NCBI GenBank assembly: GCA_937995655.1
Contig: CALKJI010000003.1
Location: 41,337 to 105,336, forward strand
Origin: an uncultured Pseudothermotoga sp.
GTDB lineage: Bacteria > Thermotogota > Thermotogae > Thermotogales > DSM-5069
Reading direction: 5' to 3'
DNA length: 64,000 bases
Position numbers and translations under genes: made by a program. Of this stretch, positions 34,101-43,810 are shown one piece after another. Within the stretch, counting starts at the first letter, position 1. The number at the start of each line of letters is the position of its first letter. The notes beneath the pieces were generated by a model that saw only the letters and a program-made list of their open reading frames with translations, did no database searches and was not told the DNA's origin.

Positions 34101-34198
34101 CGTCCTCCTCTCAATAAATTGAGGGGGATTACTGCCCCCTCGCACTCCCCATTTCTCTAAAGGTCTTTTCCCATATAATATTGCTAAGGGGGGTTGCT

Positions 34199-35388
34199 GT
34201 GAGGGTGATATACCTTCACCTGCTTTTTGTTTTGCTCGTCATCTTTCTCATATCTTCGTGCGTCACGATAGTTGAAAAAGACCCTATAGAGCAAGCTGCC
34301 AAGAGTATAACAACTCAACTTGGCCTACCTGAAACGAGTCAATCACTAGACGACAGATCCATAATCTTTTTCGCAGCACAGCTCGAAAGCGGTGACATAG
34401 TGTCTGAAGGCAGTCCGTCCAAAGGCTCATTTAAATCTCTGCCAGAAGGAGCAAAATGGCTCTTTGTGCTGGACAAAAATCCTCTTGCCAAATTTGCTCA
34501 TGAAGTAGTTTATATTTATATGGACCAAAACTTCGAAATCTTAGAAACGCAAAATGCTCAATGGATGCCAGCTGTGAACGACCAGCCTATATTCTTAGGA
34601 GATATATATAACGCTGCCTACTCTAAGATCAAATGGAAAAACTTTGAACTGACCGTGTCAGAATCTGTTCCTGTAGGAGAACTGGTTGTCAGTGTGCCCG
34701 ACAACTGTGCCATTATAGTCAACGGTAACGATCCTGAACGTTACCCTGATGTTGGAATTTCAAAAGACAAGGAGCACATGGAACAGTTCTACAAAAGCTT
34801 TTATGGTGAGAATTCACTGAGAGCCCTTGAATATCCAAACAATACCAGACAGGACTTTGAAAATTCAATCAACGCACTCGCACAAGGTGGAGCAAAGTTC
34901 ATAACAATTTACATTTCCTCACACGGATCGAGAAATTCTTTGGTCATGGGCAATACTAGGATGACACCCGATGATTTGAGGATGATGATCTTTAACCATC
35001 CTCAAAACAGTTTTTTGTGATCATCGATGCTTGTCATTCAGGAAGCTTCATAGATGATCTTTGTTATGATGGTCTTAACAATTTATTGGCAATCATGACG
35101 GCAACCGATGAGATTCATCTTTCCTATGGTGACTGTGACGGGAAAAACGATCCCAATCGATCAGACACTGGTGGTGAATGGACAAGTGGCTTTTACGAAA
35201 CCTTGGTCGCTTGTACATCCTTTCGAATCTTTTGGGACTTGATAGAATACATTGCATCAATTCACCATGTCCAGGTAGAACAAGTTCTTTACAAAATGGC
35301 TTACGAAGAGGCTTATAGACTTGATTGTACTCGTATTTCGGAACTTTCCTTTCCACAGTACTGTGGCTGGAGCCCAAATAGCAGATAA
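34199..35388 (+). pseudogene. Clan CD (caspase/legumain-like) cysteine peptidase lipoprotein split by a 1-nt frameshift (ORFs 34199-35020 and 35017-35388)
   Basis: Lipobox ISSC; IYISSHG (His codon 34922) in ORF1; VIIDACHSGSF (Cys codon 35032) in ORF2; junction at T6, 35011-35016. Confidence 0.8.
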
Positions 35389-35407
35389 TCCAAGAAAAAT
35401 GAACCTC

Positions 35408-35436
35408 TTGTCATGAGAAAAGATATGTGCTAAAAT
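35408..35436 (+). promoter_or_regulatory. Promoter of tRNA-Leu(CAA)
   Basis: TTGTCA-17 nt-TAAAAT with extended TG, 10 nt before the tRNA. Confidence 0.7.
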
Positions 35437-35446
35437 CATTTTCAGT

Positions 35447-35534
35447 GCCGAGGTGGCGGAACAGGCAGACGCGACTGACTCAAAATCAGTTGAGGGATGA
35501 CCTCGTGCGGGTTCAACTCCCGCCCTCGGCACCA
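35447..35534 (+). tRNA. tRNA-Leu (CAA)
   Basis: 88-nt class II cloverleaf; GCCGAGG/CCTCGGC acceptor; ACTGA-CT-CAA-AA-TCAGT anticodon arm; long variable arm; CCA. Confidence 0.97.
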
Positions 35535-35626
35535 GTGAAGCACCACCTTGTTGAATCACCTTGTCAAAACCCTACGCTTACTGGTACAATTTCAACTGAT
35601 ATCACTCTTTGGAGTGGAGGATAAAA

Positions 35627-37105
35627 ATGGCTAAAAGGTATTTCACCAAACCTTTAATTTTCGTAATTTTGGTGGGTTTCTGCATAGCTACACTCGTTCT
35701 GTATGTCATATGGAATGTGTTTTCTGAAACAAGCGATATCATCAAGCAGAATATGTTACAGGAAGCCAATGACAAATTGAACTTGGCCCTCATTTTGGTC
35801 AACCAATATTACGAGAAGTACGCTTCAGGCTCTCTCGATCTAACTACGGCACAGGAAAAGGCAAAAGAACATATACAAAGCCTCTTCTACGGTCCAGAAA
35901 ATCGCGATTACTTTTGGATACTAAGCAAGGACGGACTTTTGGTAGCACACCCGTATTTAAAGGATTACATCGATAAACACTACACAGAGGTAGACGACCC
36001 AATATTTCGAAAAGCTGTTGCAATAATACTACAGGCTGCAAAAGAGAACAAACCTTATGTAAAATATGAATTTTACAAATATCAGAGCAAAGAGCTAGAA
36101 GAAAAAGTGAGTGCAATAAAGGTCTTTGAACCTTGGGGTTGGATCGTAGGAACTGGTTATTACAAAACCACCCTTTTGACAAAAATCAGGTCTATCCAAG
36201 GTAATTTCATGACGGCCACAGCCATATTCTTCGGCTTGGTCATGACGCTTTATCTTGCTTTTCTGATTCAATACAGATTGGCTAGCCGTCAGTTATCAGA
36301 GCTGTTCCAACAGAAAGGGGAAGAAGCAGATCGTCTTAGGACACTCATAGAGACAATGCCACAACCAGTTGCCCTTTTTGATAATGAATGTAAACTCTCA
36401 TATTTTAACAAGGCCTATTCAGAGATTCAAAACTCTGAGCAATCTAACCCACAGATTGTGTGTTGTTCTGAACCTGAAACCTTCGAGTTAAAGTTAAGAA
36501 CTTCAAGTGGCCTAAGGTATTACTCTGTTCGTTGCATACCGGTATTAAACCACCGTAACGAAAAGGTAGGTTCGATTCGTTTGTACAACGACATAACTAC
36601 TGAGAAACTACAAATCATCTTTTGGCAAGACATGGCTCGGCAAGATCCATTGACCAAAGTTGCCAACAGGCACACATTGGAAGAACTGATGGACAGTTTT
36701 TCACAACTTGGTCATGAGTTTTCGGTTATAATGATGGACATAGATGGATTCAAAATGATAAACGATACCTACGGTCATCTTGTAGGTGATCGAGTACTCA
36801 GTTATTTTGCCGAGGTGATCAAGAACTCTATCAGAAAAGATGTGTTTTTCATAAGATACGGAGGCGACGAGTTTCTTTTGATCATGCCAAATGCACCAGC
36901 AGAAATTGCACAGAATTTGATTGAAAGAATCAGACAATCTTTCGAAAAACCACTTGAAATTGACGAAACCGAAATAAAAATAAACTTTTGCGCGGGTATA
37001 GCAACCTTCCCAAAAGATGGCAAAAATCTGAGAGAGCTTATCGACAGAGCCGACAAGGCCCTCTATATGGCTAAATTTTCTGGGAAAAATTCTACTGGTT
37101 ATTGA
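35627..37105 (+). CDS. Cache-PAS-GGDEF diguanylate cyclase
   Basis: TM-single Cache domain (YFWI...LVAHP, FEPWGWIVGTG)-TM; PAS-like segment; DPLTKVANR, DIDGFKMIND, GGDEF. ATG 35627 follows GGAGG. Confidence 0.92.
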   Translation: MAKRYFTKPLIFVILVGFCIATLVLYVIWNVFSETSDIIKQNMLQEANDKLNLALILVNQYYEKYASGSLDLTTAQEKAKEHIQSLFYGPENRDYFWILSKDGLLVAHPYLKDYIDKHYTEVDDPIFRKAVAIILQAAKENKPYVKYEFYKYQSKELEEKVSAIKVFEPWGWIVGTGYYKTTLLTKIRSIQGNFMTATAIFFGLVMTLYLAFLIQYRLASRQLSELFQQKGEEADRLRTLIETMPQPVALFDNECKLSYFNKAYSEIQNSEQSNPQIVCCSEPETFELKLRTSSGLRYYSVRCIPVLNHRNEKVGSIRLYNDITTEKLQIIFWQDMARQDPLTKVANRHTLEELMDSFSQLGHEFSVIMMDIDGFKMINDTYGHLVGDRVLSYFAEVIKNSIRKDVFFIRYGGDEFLLIMPNAPAEIAQNLIERIRQSFEKPLEIDETEIKINFCAGIATFPKDGKNLRELIDRADKALYMAKFSGKNSTGY

Positions 37106-37142
37106 TCAAATATCAAATCTTCTTTTGAAAGTGGGTGAAATT

Positions 37143-37979
37143 ATGAAGGTCGTTGTTGTTTTCGACAGCACCATAGACATACCATTGGGATACAAATTTG
37201 CCTTGCCTTACCAGATCTTGCCACTTAAGGTTTACGTTGACGACAAGGAATTCAAAGACAAGATTGATATCACAGATGAACAATTCTATGTACAAGCACT
37301 TTCTGGAAAGAAGGTCGGTACTGCCTTACCAAATCCATCAGAAACTGCACAATTATTAAAAAAACTTTCAAAAGAATACGATCACATCTATATAGTTACT
37401 ATCTCAAGCAGACTGAGCGGTACATGGAATATGATAAGGTTGACACTGGAACAGCTGGATATTAGAAATGCCACATTAATAGATTCAAAAAGTGGTAGCG
37501 TCAAAAGTTTTTACGTAGTTCACAGACTGATAAAGGACATATTGGATGGTAAATCCATAACAGAACAAAAGGCACAGGAATATGTTACGGACTCTCTTCT
37601 AATGTTTACCGTTACAACCCTTGATTATCTTCAAAAGGGTGGACGAATAGGGAAGGCAAAGGCTCTCCTTGGAAAGATTTTGGGGATAAAACCTATTTTA
37701 TCAACGGGCAACGACGATGGACAAGTTCTGAGCCTGGGTTCTGCGAGATCGATAAGACAATTGATCGAGCAAATGGTGAAAAAGGCAAAAGAGTTCCTTA
37801 AAACTCAAGAGTATTTGGTCATTGGCGGCTATGGTGTCCAGCATATGAGACAATACCTTGATGAACTTTTATCCCATTTTCCAAAGGACAAGATTCTTGG
37901 AATTTCAAGGATTGGTCCTGGTGTTAGCGCACACGTCGGGCCCGAGGTATTCGGTTTTGCAATAGGTAAGACCTCGTGA
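37143..37979 (+). CDS. DegV family fatty-acid-binding protein
   Basis: DSTID, PLKV, TALP, ISSRLSGT, IDSK, LDYLQKGGRIG, IKPIL, AHVGP. Confidence 0.9.
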   Translation: MKVVVVFDSTIDIPLGYKFALPYQILPLKVYVDDKEFKDKIDITDEQFYVQALSGKKVGTALPNPSETAQLLKKLSKEYDHIYIVTISSRLSGTWNMIRLTLEQLDIRNATLIDSKSGSVKSFYVVHRLIKDILDGKSITEQKAQEYVTDSLLMFTVTTLDYLQKGGRIGKAKALLGKILGIKPILSTGNDDGQVLSLGSARSIRQLIEQMVKKAKEFLKTQEYLVIGGYGVQHMRQYLDELLSHFPKDKILGISRIGPGVSAHVGPEVFGFAIGKTS

Positions 37980-37982
37980 TCG

Positions 37983-38012
37983 TTGACAAAATTTTGTACT
38001 GCATGGTAAAAT
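37983..38012 (+). promoter_or_regulatory. Promoter of tRNA-Leu(GAG)
   Basis: TTGACA-18 nt-TAAAAT with extended TG. Confidence 0.7.
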
Positions 38013-38023
38013 CTTTAATGCCT

Positions 38024-38110
38024 GCCGAGGTGGTGGAACTGGCAGACACGCATGGTTGAGGGCCATGTGGGTATGAGCCCGTGCGGGTTCAAGTCCCGCC
38101 CTCGGCACCA
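38024..38110 (+). tRNA. tRNA-Leu (GAG)
   Basis: 87-nt class II cloverleaf; CATGG-TT-GAG-GG-CCATG anticodon arm; CCA. Confidence 0.97.
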
Positions 38111-38136
38111 AAGGGAGCTTTAAGCTCCCTTTTTTG
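38111..38136 (+). terminator. Intrinsic terminator after tRNA-Leu(GAG)
   Basis: AAGGGAGCT-tta-AGCTCCCTT followed by T4. Confidence 0.85.
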
Positions 38137-38147
38137 TTATACTCTTT

Positions 38148-38990
38148 TTGGTGATGTCTGTGATAAAGCTAATCTGCATAGATTTAGATGGCACGCTTTT
38201 GAACGATGAAAAGAAGGTATCTGAAAAGGACAGATGCACGATTCAACAGGCAAGAACAAAGGGAATTAATGTTACAATCTTTACAGGAAGAAATTATCAC
38301 GCTGCTCTACCGTATGTGCAAGAACTCGGTATAGAGATTCCAGTTGCCTTTCAAAACGGAGCTCTCATAGCCACACCTTCTGTGAATAAAATCTTTCGGA
38401 TGATAACTTTAGATTCAAAGATTGCCATGGAAACAATCAGATTATCCAAAAAATATGGATTGTTTCCTGTCGTGTACGAGTCTTTTTTTAGTAGGCAAGA
38501 TATGCTTTTAGAAAATGACTATTATGGTGTGTTTGAAAGTTATTTCAAGTTTAACCATTCTAGAATAAAAAAGATCGACCGTTTGGAGAGCTTTTTACTC
38601 ACAACCGAAAGTATCGCAGAGGTTGCAATAGTTGGGAAGGATATCTTGATAGAGAAGTTCACAAAGGATCTTTTGAAAAACTCGGATGGTTTCACGCTGG
38701 TAAAGAACCAGCAGATAGATAGTGAAGTCTTCATGGAGGTCTTTGGAAAGGACGTGGGAAAAGAAATTGCACTAGACTTTTTGCTGCAACTTTTCAATAT
38801 AGATCTATCAGAGGTTGCATACATAGGCGATAACTATAATGATTTGAAAATCATGCAAAAAGTGGGATTTCCAATTGCAATGCAGAATGCACCACAAGAT
38901 GTTAAAGATGTGGCAAGATTTGTTACCCTTTCTAACAACGAGTCGGGCGTCTCTTTAGCCATAGAAAGAGTAATGGAGGCGATGGAATGA
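38148..38990 (+). CDS. Cof-type HAD-IIB hydrolase
   Basis: DLDGTLL, FTGR, QNGA, K, IGDNYND motifs. Confidence 0.92.
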   Translation: MVMSVIKLICIDLDGTLLNDEKKVSEKDRCTIQQARTKGINVTIFTGRNYHAALPYVQELGIEIPVAFQNGALIATPSVNKIFRMITLDSKIAMETIRLSKKYGLFPVVYESFFSRQDMLLENDYYGVFESYFKFNHSRIKKIDRLESFLLTTESIAEVAIVGKDILIEKFTKDLLKNSDGFTLVKNQQIDSEVFMEVFGKDVGKEIALDFLLQLFNIDLSEVAYIGDNYNDLKIMQKVGFPIAMQNAPQDVKDVARFVTLSNNESGVSLAIERVMEAME

Positions 38991-40147
38991 TTACACTATC
39001 AAAACCGTACATAACGCAAAAAGAAATAGACACAGTGATTGATGCTTTAAAGAGTGATAGACTGAGCATGGGAAAGTACACAGAGCTATTTGAAAAAGAG
39101 ATCTCAAAGATAGCCGGAACAAAACATGCAGTCGCTGTTAACAGTGGTACATCAGCCCTTCATTTGATTATCAAAGCCCTTGGAATAGAGCAAGAAGACT
39201 ATATGATCGTCCCATCCTTTACCTTCGTTGCATCAGCTAACGTTGCACTCTTTGAAAAAGCCATACCAATCTTTGTAGATATAGATCCAAAAACATACAA
39301 TGTGGACCCCGAGGCGCTCGAAGAACTATTAAAGAGAATAGAACAGGGTCGAATATATATAAATGGTCAGCGCGTTAAGATAGACAAAGTTCGTTTTTTC
39401 ATGCCAGTCGATGTATTTGGACAACCTGTGGATTACGACGCACTACAACCTATCGTTGATCGATGGAAACTAACCGTGATTGAAGACTCCTGTGAGGCGC
39501 TTGGTTCTGAGTACAAGCAAAAACCTTGTGGTAGCTTTGGTAAAGCCGGTGCTTTTGCCTTCTATCCTAACAAACAGATAACCACCGGTGAAGGTGGAAT
39601 AATCGTCACCAACGAAGAAGGTATAGCTCAAATGTGTAAGAGTATGAGAAACCAAGGTCGAGGCGAAGACGAAGCTTGGCTTAACCATGTACGCCTTGGT
39701 TACAACTACAGAATAGATGAGTTGTCTGCTGCCCTTGGTTATGCACAACTCACACACCTAGAAGAAATTCTTTTTAAGAGAGATGAAGCCGCCAAGCGTT
39801 ATTCAAAAATGTTGAGTAAATACGACTGGGTTGAACCACCCTATGTAGCTGACTATGCCACAAAGATCGGCTGGTTTGTTTACGTAGTGAAACTCGATGA
39901 AAAAATAAACCGCGAAAGAGTTATTGAATACATGTCTTCACATGGTGTTCAGGTGAGAAACTATTTTGCTCCTGTTCATCTTCAACCTTTCTACAGAGAA
40001 GCTTTTGGTTACACAGAAGGTGTGCTACCTGTCACAGAAAAAATCTCAAAAAATACACTTGCAATACCTTTTTATACAACTATAACGGTTCAAGAACAAC
40101 AAATCGTTGTAGATACTCTGAAAGAAGCCGTGGAGAGGGTGGGATGA
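38987..40147 (+). CDS. DegT/DnrJ/EryC1/StrS PLP aminotransferase (nucleotide-sugar aminotransferase)
   Basis: NSGTSALH, SFTFVASAN, VDVFGQ, IEDSCEALG, FYPNKQITTGEGG, GYNYR. Confidence 0.92.
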   Translation: MITLSKPYITQKEIDTVIDALKSDRLSMGKYTELFEKEISKIAGTKHAVAVNSGTSALHLIIKALGIEQEDYMIVPSFTFVASANVALFEKAIPIFVDIDPKTYNVDPEALEELLKRIEQGRIYINGQRVKIDKVRFFMPVDVFGQPVDYDALQPIVDRWKLTVIEDSCEALGSEYKQKPCGSFGKAGAFAFYPNKQITTGEGGIIVTNEEGIAQMCKSMRNQGRGEDEAWLNHVRLGYNYRIDELSAALGYAQLTHLEEILFKRDEAAKRYSKMLSKYDWVEPPYVADYATKIGWFVYVVKLDEKINRERVIEYMSSHGVQVRNYFAPVHLQPFYREAFGYTEGVLPVTEKISKNTLAIPFYTTITVQEQQIVVDTLKEAVERVG

Positions 40148-41641
40148 GTGTTTCTACTTATTCTTTCATCTGTACTGACAGCTCTTTCGATGCCGGGTTT
40201 TGTGGCTGGTTTTATCGTTTGGTTTGCCCTTATACCATTTTTCAAATCACTTGAAGGGAAAGGACCCTTCTGGGGAGCTCTATATGGCTTTTTGTACTTC
40301 TATATCTTTTCAGCTATAAACCTTTTCTGGGTATTGCCCGTTTTGACCGAGAACTTGCCGAAGGTCTTTGGCAAGTTTCCAAGTTGGCTTGGTTTCTTTG
40401 TCTTTCTGTTGATGCTTCTGATAGAGGCCTTACCCTTTGCGGCCTTTGGTTTTCTCTATGGATTCATGGAGCAAATTGTGAAAAAGAATCAGTTCAAAGA
40501 AATACTTTTCACAACCTCTTTGTATACACTCTTGGATTTTGTCAGAAGCATTGGCCAAATGGGTTTCACTGGTGGAACGCTCTCTGATGCTCTTTACAAA
40601 GATACAGGTATACTGCAACTGGTTTCTATGATAGGACCATATGGCCTTACCTTCATAATCGTTGCTGTGAACAGCTGGTTTTACATAATACTCAGAAAAA
40701 GCACAAGACCAATGGAAAAAATCATCTTCAATACGCTGGTGATAATTTTTCTTTCCTATATGGTTTCTCTTTATCTGCCATTGGCGAAAAGTGTTGATAA
40801 AACTATCGCTGCCATTCAGACAAATCTTTCCCAAGAAACAAAGTATAAAGAAGATCCTTTGCACCTTTTTGGGCAATTCGAACCATTCTTGGTGCAAACT
40901 AAGGATTCGGTGATTGTTCTGCCAGAAGATGTTTTTTCCTTTGACCCAAGAAGCAGTGTTGTAGCAACTGAGCTTATAGACTTGTGCAAAGAGAATGATC
41001 TGGATATTTTGATAGGTGCTGTATCTTACAACTCAAAAACCTACAATTCTGTCTTTCTTGTCAATAAAAACGGTTTTGTAGATAGATATTCAAAGGTGAA
41101 ACTATTCCCCTTCGTCGAGACATTGCCATATGAAAAAATCTTTGGAGTTTTCTCCTTCCTTCGTGGTCTTTCTTATTTTGAACCTGGTGAGGAATACAGA
41201 CCACTTTCCCTTAGAGATTACCCTCCTTTGGGTGTCCAGATATGTTTTGAATCATATTTTTCAGAGCCATCGAGAAAATTGGTAAAAAATGGTGCACAGG
41301 TACTCATAGTTTGCACAAACGATGGTTGGTTCGTCTACGATGTGGCTCTCAAACAGCACTTTGCAAAATCTGTCATAAGGGCAGTGGAAACAAGAAGACA
41401 AGTCATACAAGTTGCGAACGCCGGTATAACGGGCATGATAGATCCTTACGGAAGGATTCTTAAGACAGCCACTCCAAGGAAGTTCGAAAGGATTGTCTTT
41501 GAACTGATGCCAAGAACGGATATTACAATCTACTGCAAAACTGGAGACATCATTGTATGGCTTTCACTTGCAGTTGTGATTTTCCTCTTGATCTTTCCTG
41601 GGCAAAAGACCATCAGCGCAAAAAGGAGGATTTGGCAGTGA
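40148..41641 (+). CDS. lnt: Apolipoprotein N-acyltransferase
   Basis: N-terminal TMs; IQTN, LPED, KVKLFPFVE, QICFES nitrilase triad, TNDGWF, QH, RAVE, VANAGIT. Confidence 0.93.
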   Translation: MFLLILSSVLTALSMPGFVAGFIVWFALIPFFKSLEGKGPFWGALYGFLYFYIFSAINLFWVLPVLTENLPKVFGKFPSWLGFFVFLLMLLIEALPFAAFGFLYGFMEQIVKKNQFKEILFTTSLYTLLDFVRSIGQMGFTGGTLSDALYKDTGILQLVSMIGPYGLTFIIVAVNSWFYIILRKSTRPMEKIIFNTLVIIFLSYMVSLYLPLAKSVDKTIAAIQTNLSQETKYKEDPLHLFGQFEPFLVQTKDSVIVLPEDVFSFDPRSSVVATELIDLCKENDLDILIGAVSYNSKTYNSVFLVNKNGFVDRYSKVKLFPFVETLPYEKIFGVFSFLRGLSYFEPGEEYRPLSLRDYPPLGVQICFESYFSEPSRKLVKNGAQVLIVCTNDGWFVYDVALKQHFAKSVIRAVETRRQVIQVANAGITGMIDPYGRILKTATPRKFERIVFELMPRTDITIYCKTGDIIVWLSLAVVIFLLIFPGQKTISAKRRIWQ

Positions 41642-42807
41642 GAATAATAGCCATCGTACTGGATAGCGTTGGCATAGGTGAGATGCCAGACGCGTACCAA
41701 TACAACGATGAAGGTAGCAATACACTTGTGAATACTGCAAAAGCAGTTGGAGGCTTGAATCTACCCAATTTGGCAAAGATGGGACTTGGGAATTTAGATG
41801 ACATACCTGGCGTTCCAAGAACCAAAGCCATGGGGGCATACGGTGTCATGCTGGAAAAAAGTCCTGGTAAAGACTCAACAACTGGACACTGGGAGCTCGC
41901 TGGAATCGTCTTGAAAAAGCCCTTTGATCTTTTCCCAAATGGTTTTCCAAGAAAGATTATAGAGGAATTCGAAAAAAGAACAAATAGAAGAGTCATAGGG
42001 AATAAACCAGCATCGGGGACGGAAATTATAAAAGAACTTGGACCTGAGCATGAAAAAACAGGTGCGCTCATAGTTTACACATCGGCAGACAGTGTCTTTC
42101 AAATAGCCGCTAAGGAAGAGATAATTCCCATCGAAGAACTCTACAGATACTGTCAAATCGCCAGAGAACTGCTCGATGAGATGGGCTACAAAGTGGGAAG
42201 GGTCATCGCAAGACCTTTTACTGGTCAGTATCCAAACTATGTGAGAACACCAAGAAGACATGATTATTCACTCGAACCAGAGGATGAAATGTTACTGGAT
42301 GTACTCACACAGAGTAATATTCCTGTATACGGTGTGGGAAAGATCTACGATCTTTATGCTGGCAGAGGTATAACTGAAACCTTTAAAACAGAGGACAACA
42401 CGGAGGGAGTTGAAAAAATCATAGCAGCCATGGAACAAAAAGATCATCCCTGTATGATCTATGCAAACCTCGTTGACTATGACATGAAATATGGCCATAG
42501 GAACGATCCGCAAGGTTATGCGAAGGCACTTGAAGATTTTGACCAGAGATTACCCCAGATTTGGAGAAAGATGAAAGACAACGATATACTCTTTATAACA
42601 GCAGATCATGGATGTGACCCCACAACACCTTCCACAGACCATTCCAGAGAGAAGGTACCCATCTTGGCATGTGGTAATAAAGTATGTAAAGATGTCAATC
42701 TTGGCATCAGAGAAAGTTTTGCAGACTTTGGCCAAACAATAGCTGACATCTTTGGCGTGAAAAAGCTCAAGAACGGAAGATCATTCAAAGACAATATCAT
42801 GTGCTGA
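41638..42807 (+). CDS. deoB: Phosphopentomutase
   Basis: VLDSVGIG, GKDSTTGHWE, YTSADSVFQI, RVIARPF, NLVDYDMKYGHRND, TADHGCDP. GTG 41638 follows GGAGG. Confidence 0.96.
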   Translation: MRIIAIVLDSVGIGEMPDAYQYNDEGSNTLVNTAKAVGGLNLPNLAKMGLGNLDDIPGVPRTKAMGAYGVMLEKSPGKDSTTGHWELAGIVLKKPFDLFPNGFPRKIIEEFEKRTNRRVIGNKPASGTEIIKELGPEHEKTGALIVYTSADSVFQIAAKEEIIPIEELYRYCQIARELLDEMGYKVGRVIARPFTGQYPNYVRTPRRHDYSLEPEDEMLLDVLTQSNIPVYGVGKIYDLYAGRGITETFKTEDNTEGVEKIIAAMEQKDHPCMIYANLVDYDMKYGHRNDPQGYAKALEDFDQRLPQIWRKMKDNDILFITADHGCDPTTPSTDHSREKVPILACGNKVCKDVNLGIRESFADFGQTIADIFGVKKLKNGRSFKDNIMC

Positions 42808-42822
42808 AAGGAGTATCAGATA

Positions 42823-43665
42823 ATGACAGAGTATCTTATACTCTCGGCTGATGATATTTCAAAATTTGAACCAGACAAAACAATTATTGTATCGGTATTG
42901 TCACCGATCGAGACACATGGGAAACATCTCCCAGTTGGGACAGATATCTTCATAGCTCGCAGAGTACTGGAACAAACGTGTCGTATCTTGTCTGAAAGAT
43001 TTAAAATACTTCGCTTACCAGACCTTTGCATTGGAAGCGATGCACAACCAGTCTTTGGATCGATTTCGTTAGGCTATGGAACTTTGAAAAATATGATCAT
43101 AGAAATCGGGAAGAGTCTTGCCAAGATGGGATTTGAATACTGGATCATCTTCGATAACCACGGTGGTCCAAGACACCAACTTGCTTTAGTCGATGCAATC
43201 AAATCTTTAAGGAAATACGGGCTCACATTGGTCGTCCCGTTCTTGCATATCTTTCAAGAGATGCTCAAAGATTCGCAACAAATAGAAATACCGGCCGGTA
43301 TGAATGGCGATATCAGGGATCTGCACGCAGGTACCAATGAGACATCGCTCATGTTGCATGCCTACCCTGAAATGGTCAGAAGTCATAACTTTGAAAGATA
43401 CTTCCCCACAAGGGAAACTCGCCTTGGAAGATTCATTAGATTCTTGAGATCAGAAGAACTAGCGGTCATAGTTGACTGGATCAACGACCAAAAGAACCCT
43501 CACTACCTTGGAGATCCTTCAAAGGCTGATGCACAGCAAGGTAAAAAGATGATAGAATATCACGTCAAAAGATCTGTAGAGTTGTTTGAAGAAGCCTTGA
43601 AATCAAATTACAAGCCCCCGAAACTTTACAATCCCATCATAAGATTGCTTTTGAGAGCACTTTGA
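42823..43665 (+). CDS. Creatininase/amidohydrolase family protein
   Basis: PIETHGKHLPVGTD, DNHGG, DLHAGTNETS, YLGDPSKA...GKK. Confidence 0.88.
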   Translation: MTEYLILSADDISKFEPDKTIIVSVLSPIETHGKHLPVGTDIFIARRVLEQTCRILSERFKILRLPDLCIGSDAQPVFGSISLGYGTLKNMIIEIGKSLAKMGFEYWIIFDNHGGPRHQLALVDAIKSLRKYGLTLVVPFLHIFQEMLKDSQQIEIPAGMNGDIRDLHAGTNETSLMLHAYPEMVRSHNFERYFPTRETRLGRFIRFLRSEELAVIVDWINDQKNPHYLGDPSKADAQQGKKMIEYHVKRSVELFEEALKSNYKPPKLYNPIIRLLLRAL

Positions 43666-43810
43666 CATACCTTTTCAACAAATCATAGCCACTACCTATT
43701 GGTGAACCCTGGTATCAACTTCACTTACTGTATCTTGCGAAGGCTTTTCTGACACTCAATAATAATTTGGGTGTATAATGGTGTTTACACACATCCAAGG
43801 GGGAGTCGAT

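Noticed and set aside
35018-35020. Selenocysteine or stop read-through at the peptidase TGA
   Set aside because: In-frame read-through gives SSMLVIQEAS then a stop; the catalytic Cys is in another frame.
35447-38110. Near-identical 3' ends of two tRNA-Leu genes as attL/attR of an island
   Set aside because: Both are complete tRNAs with different anticodons and their own promoters; no integrase lies between them.
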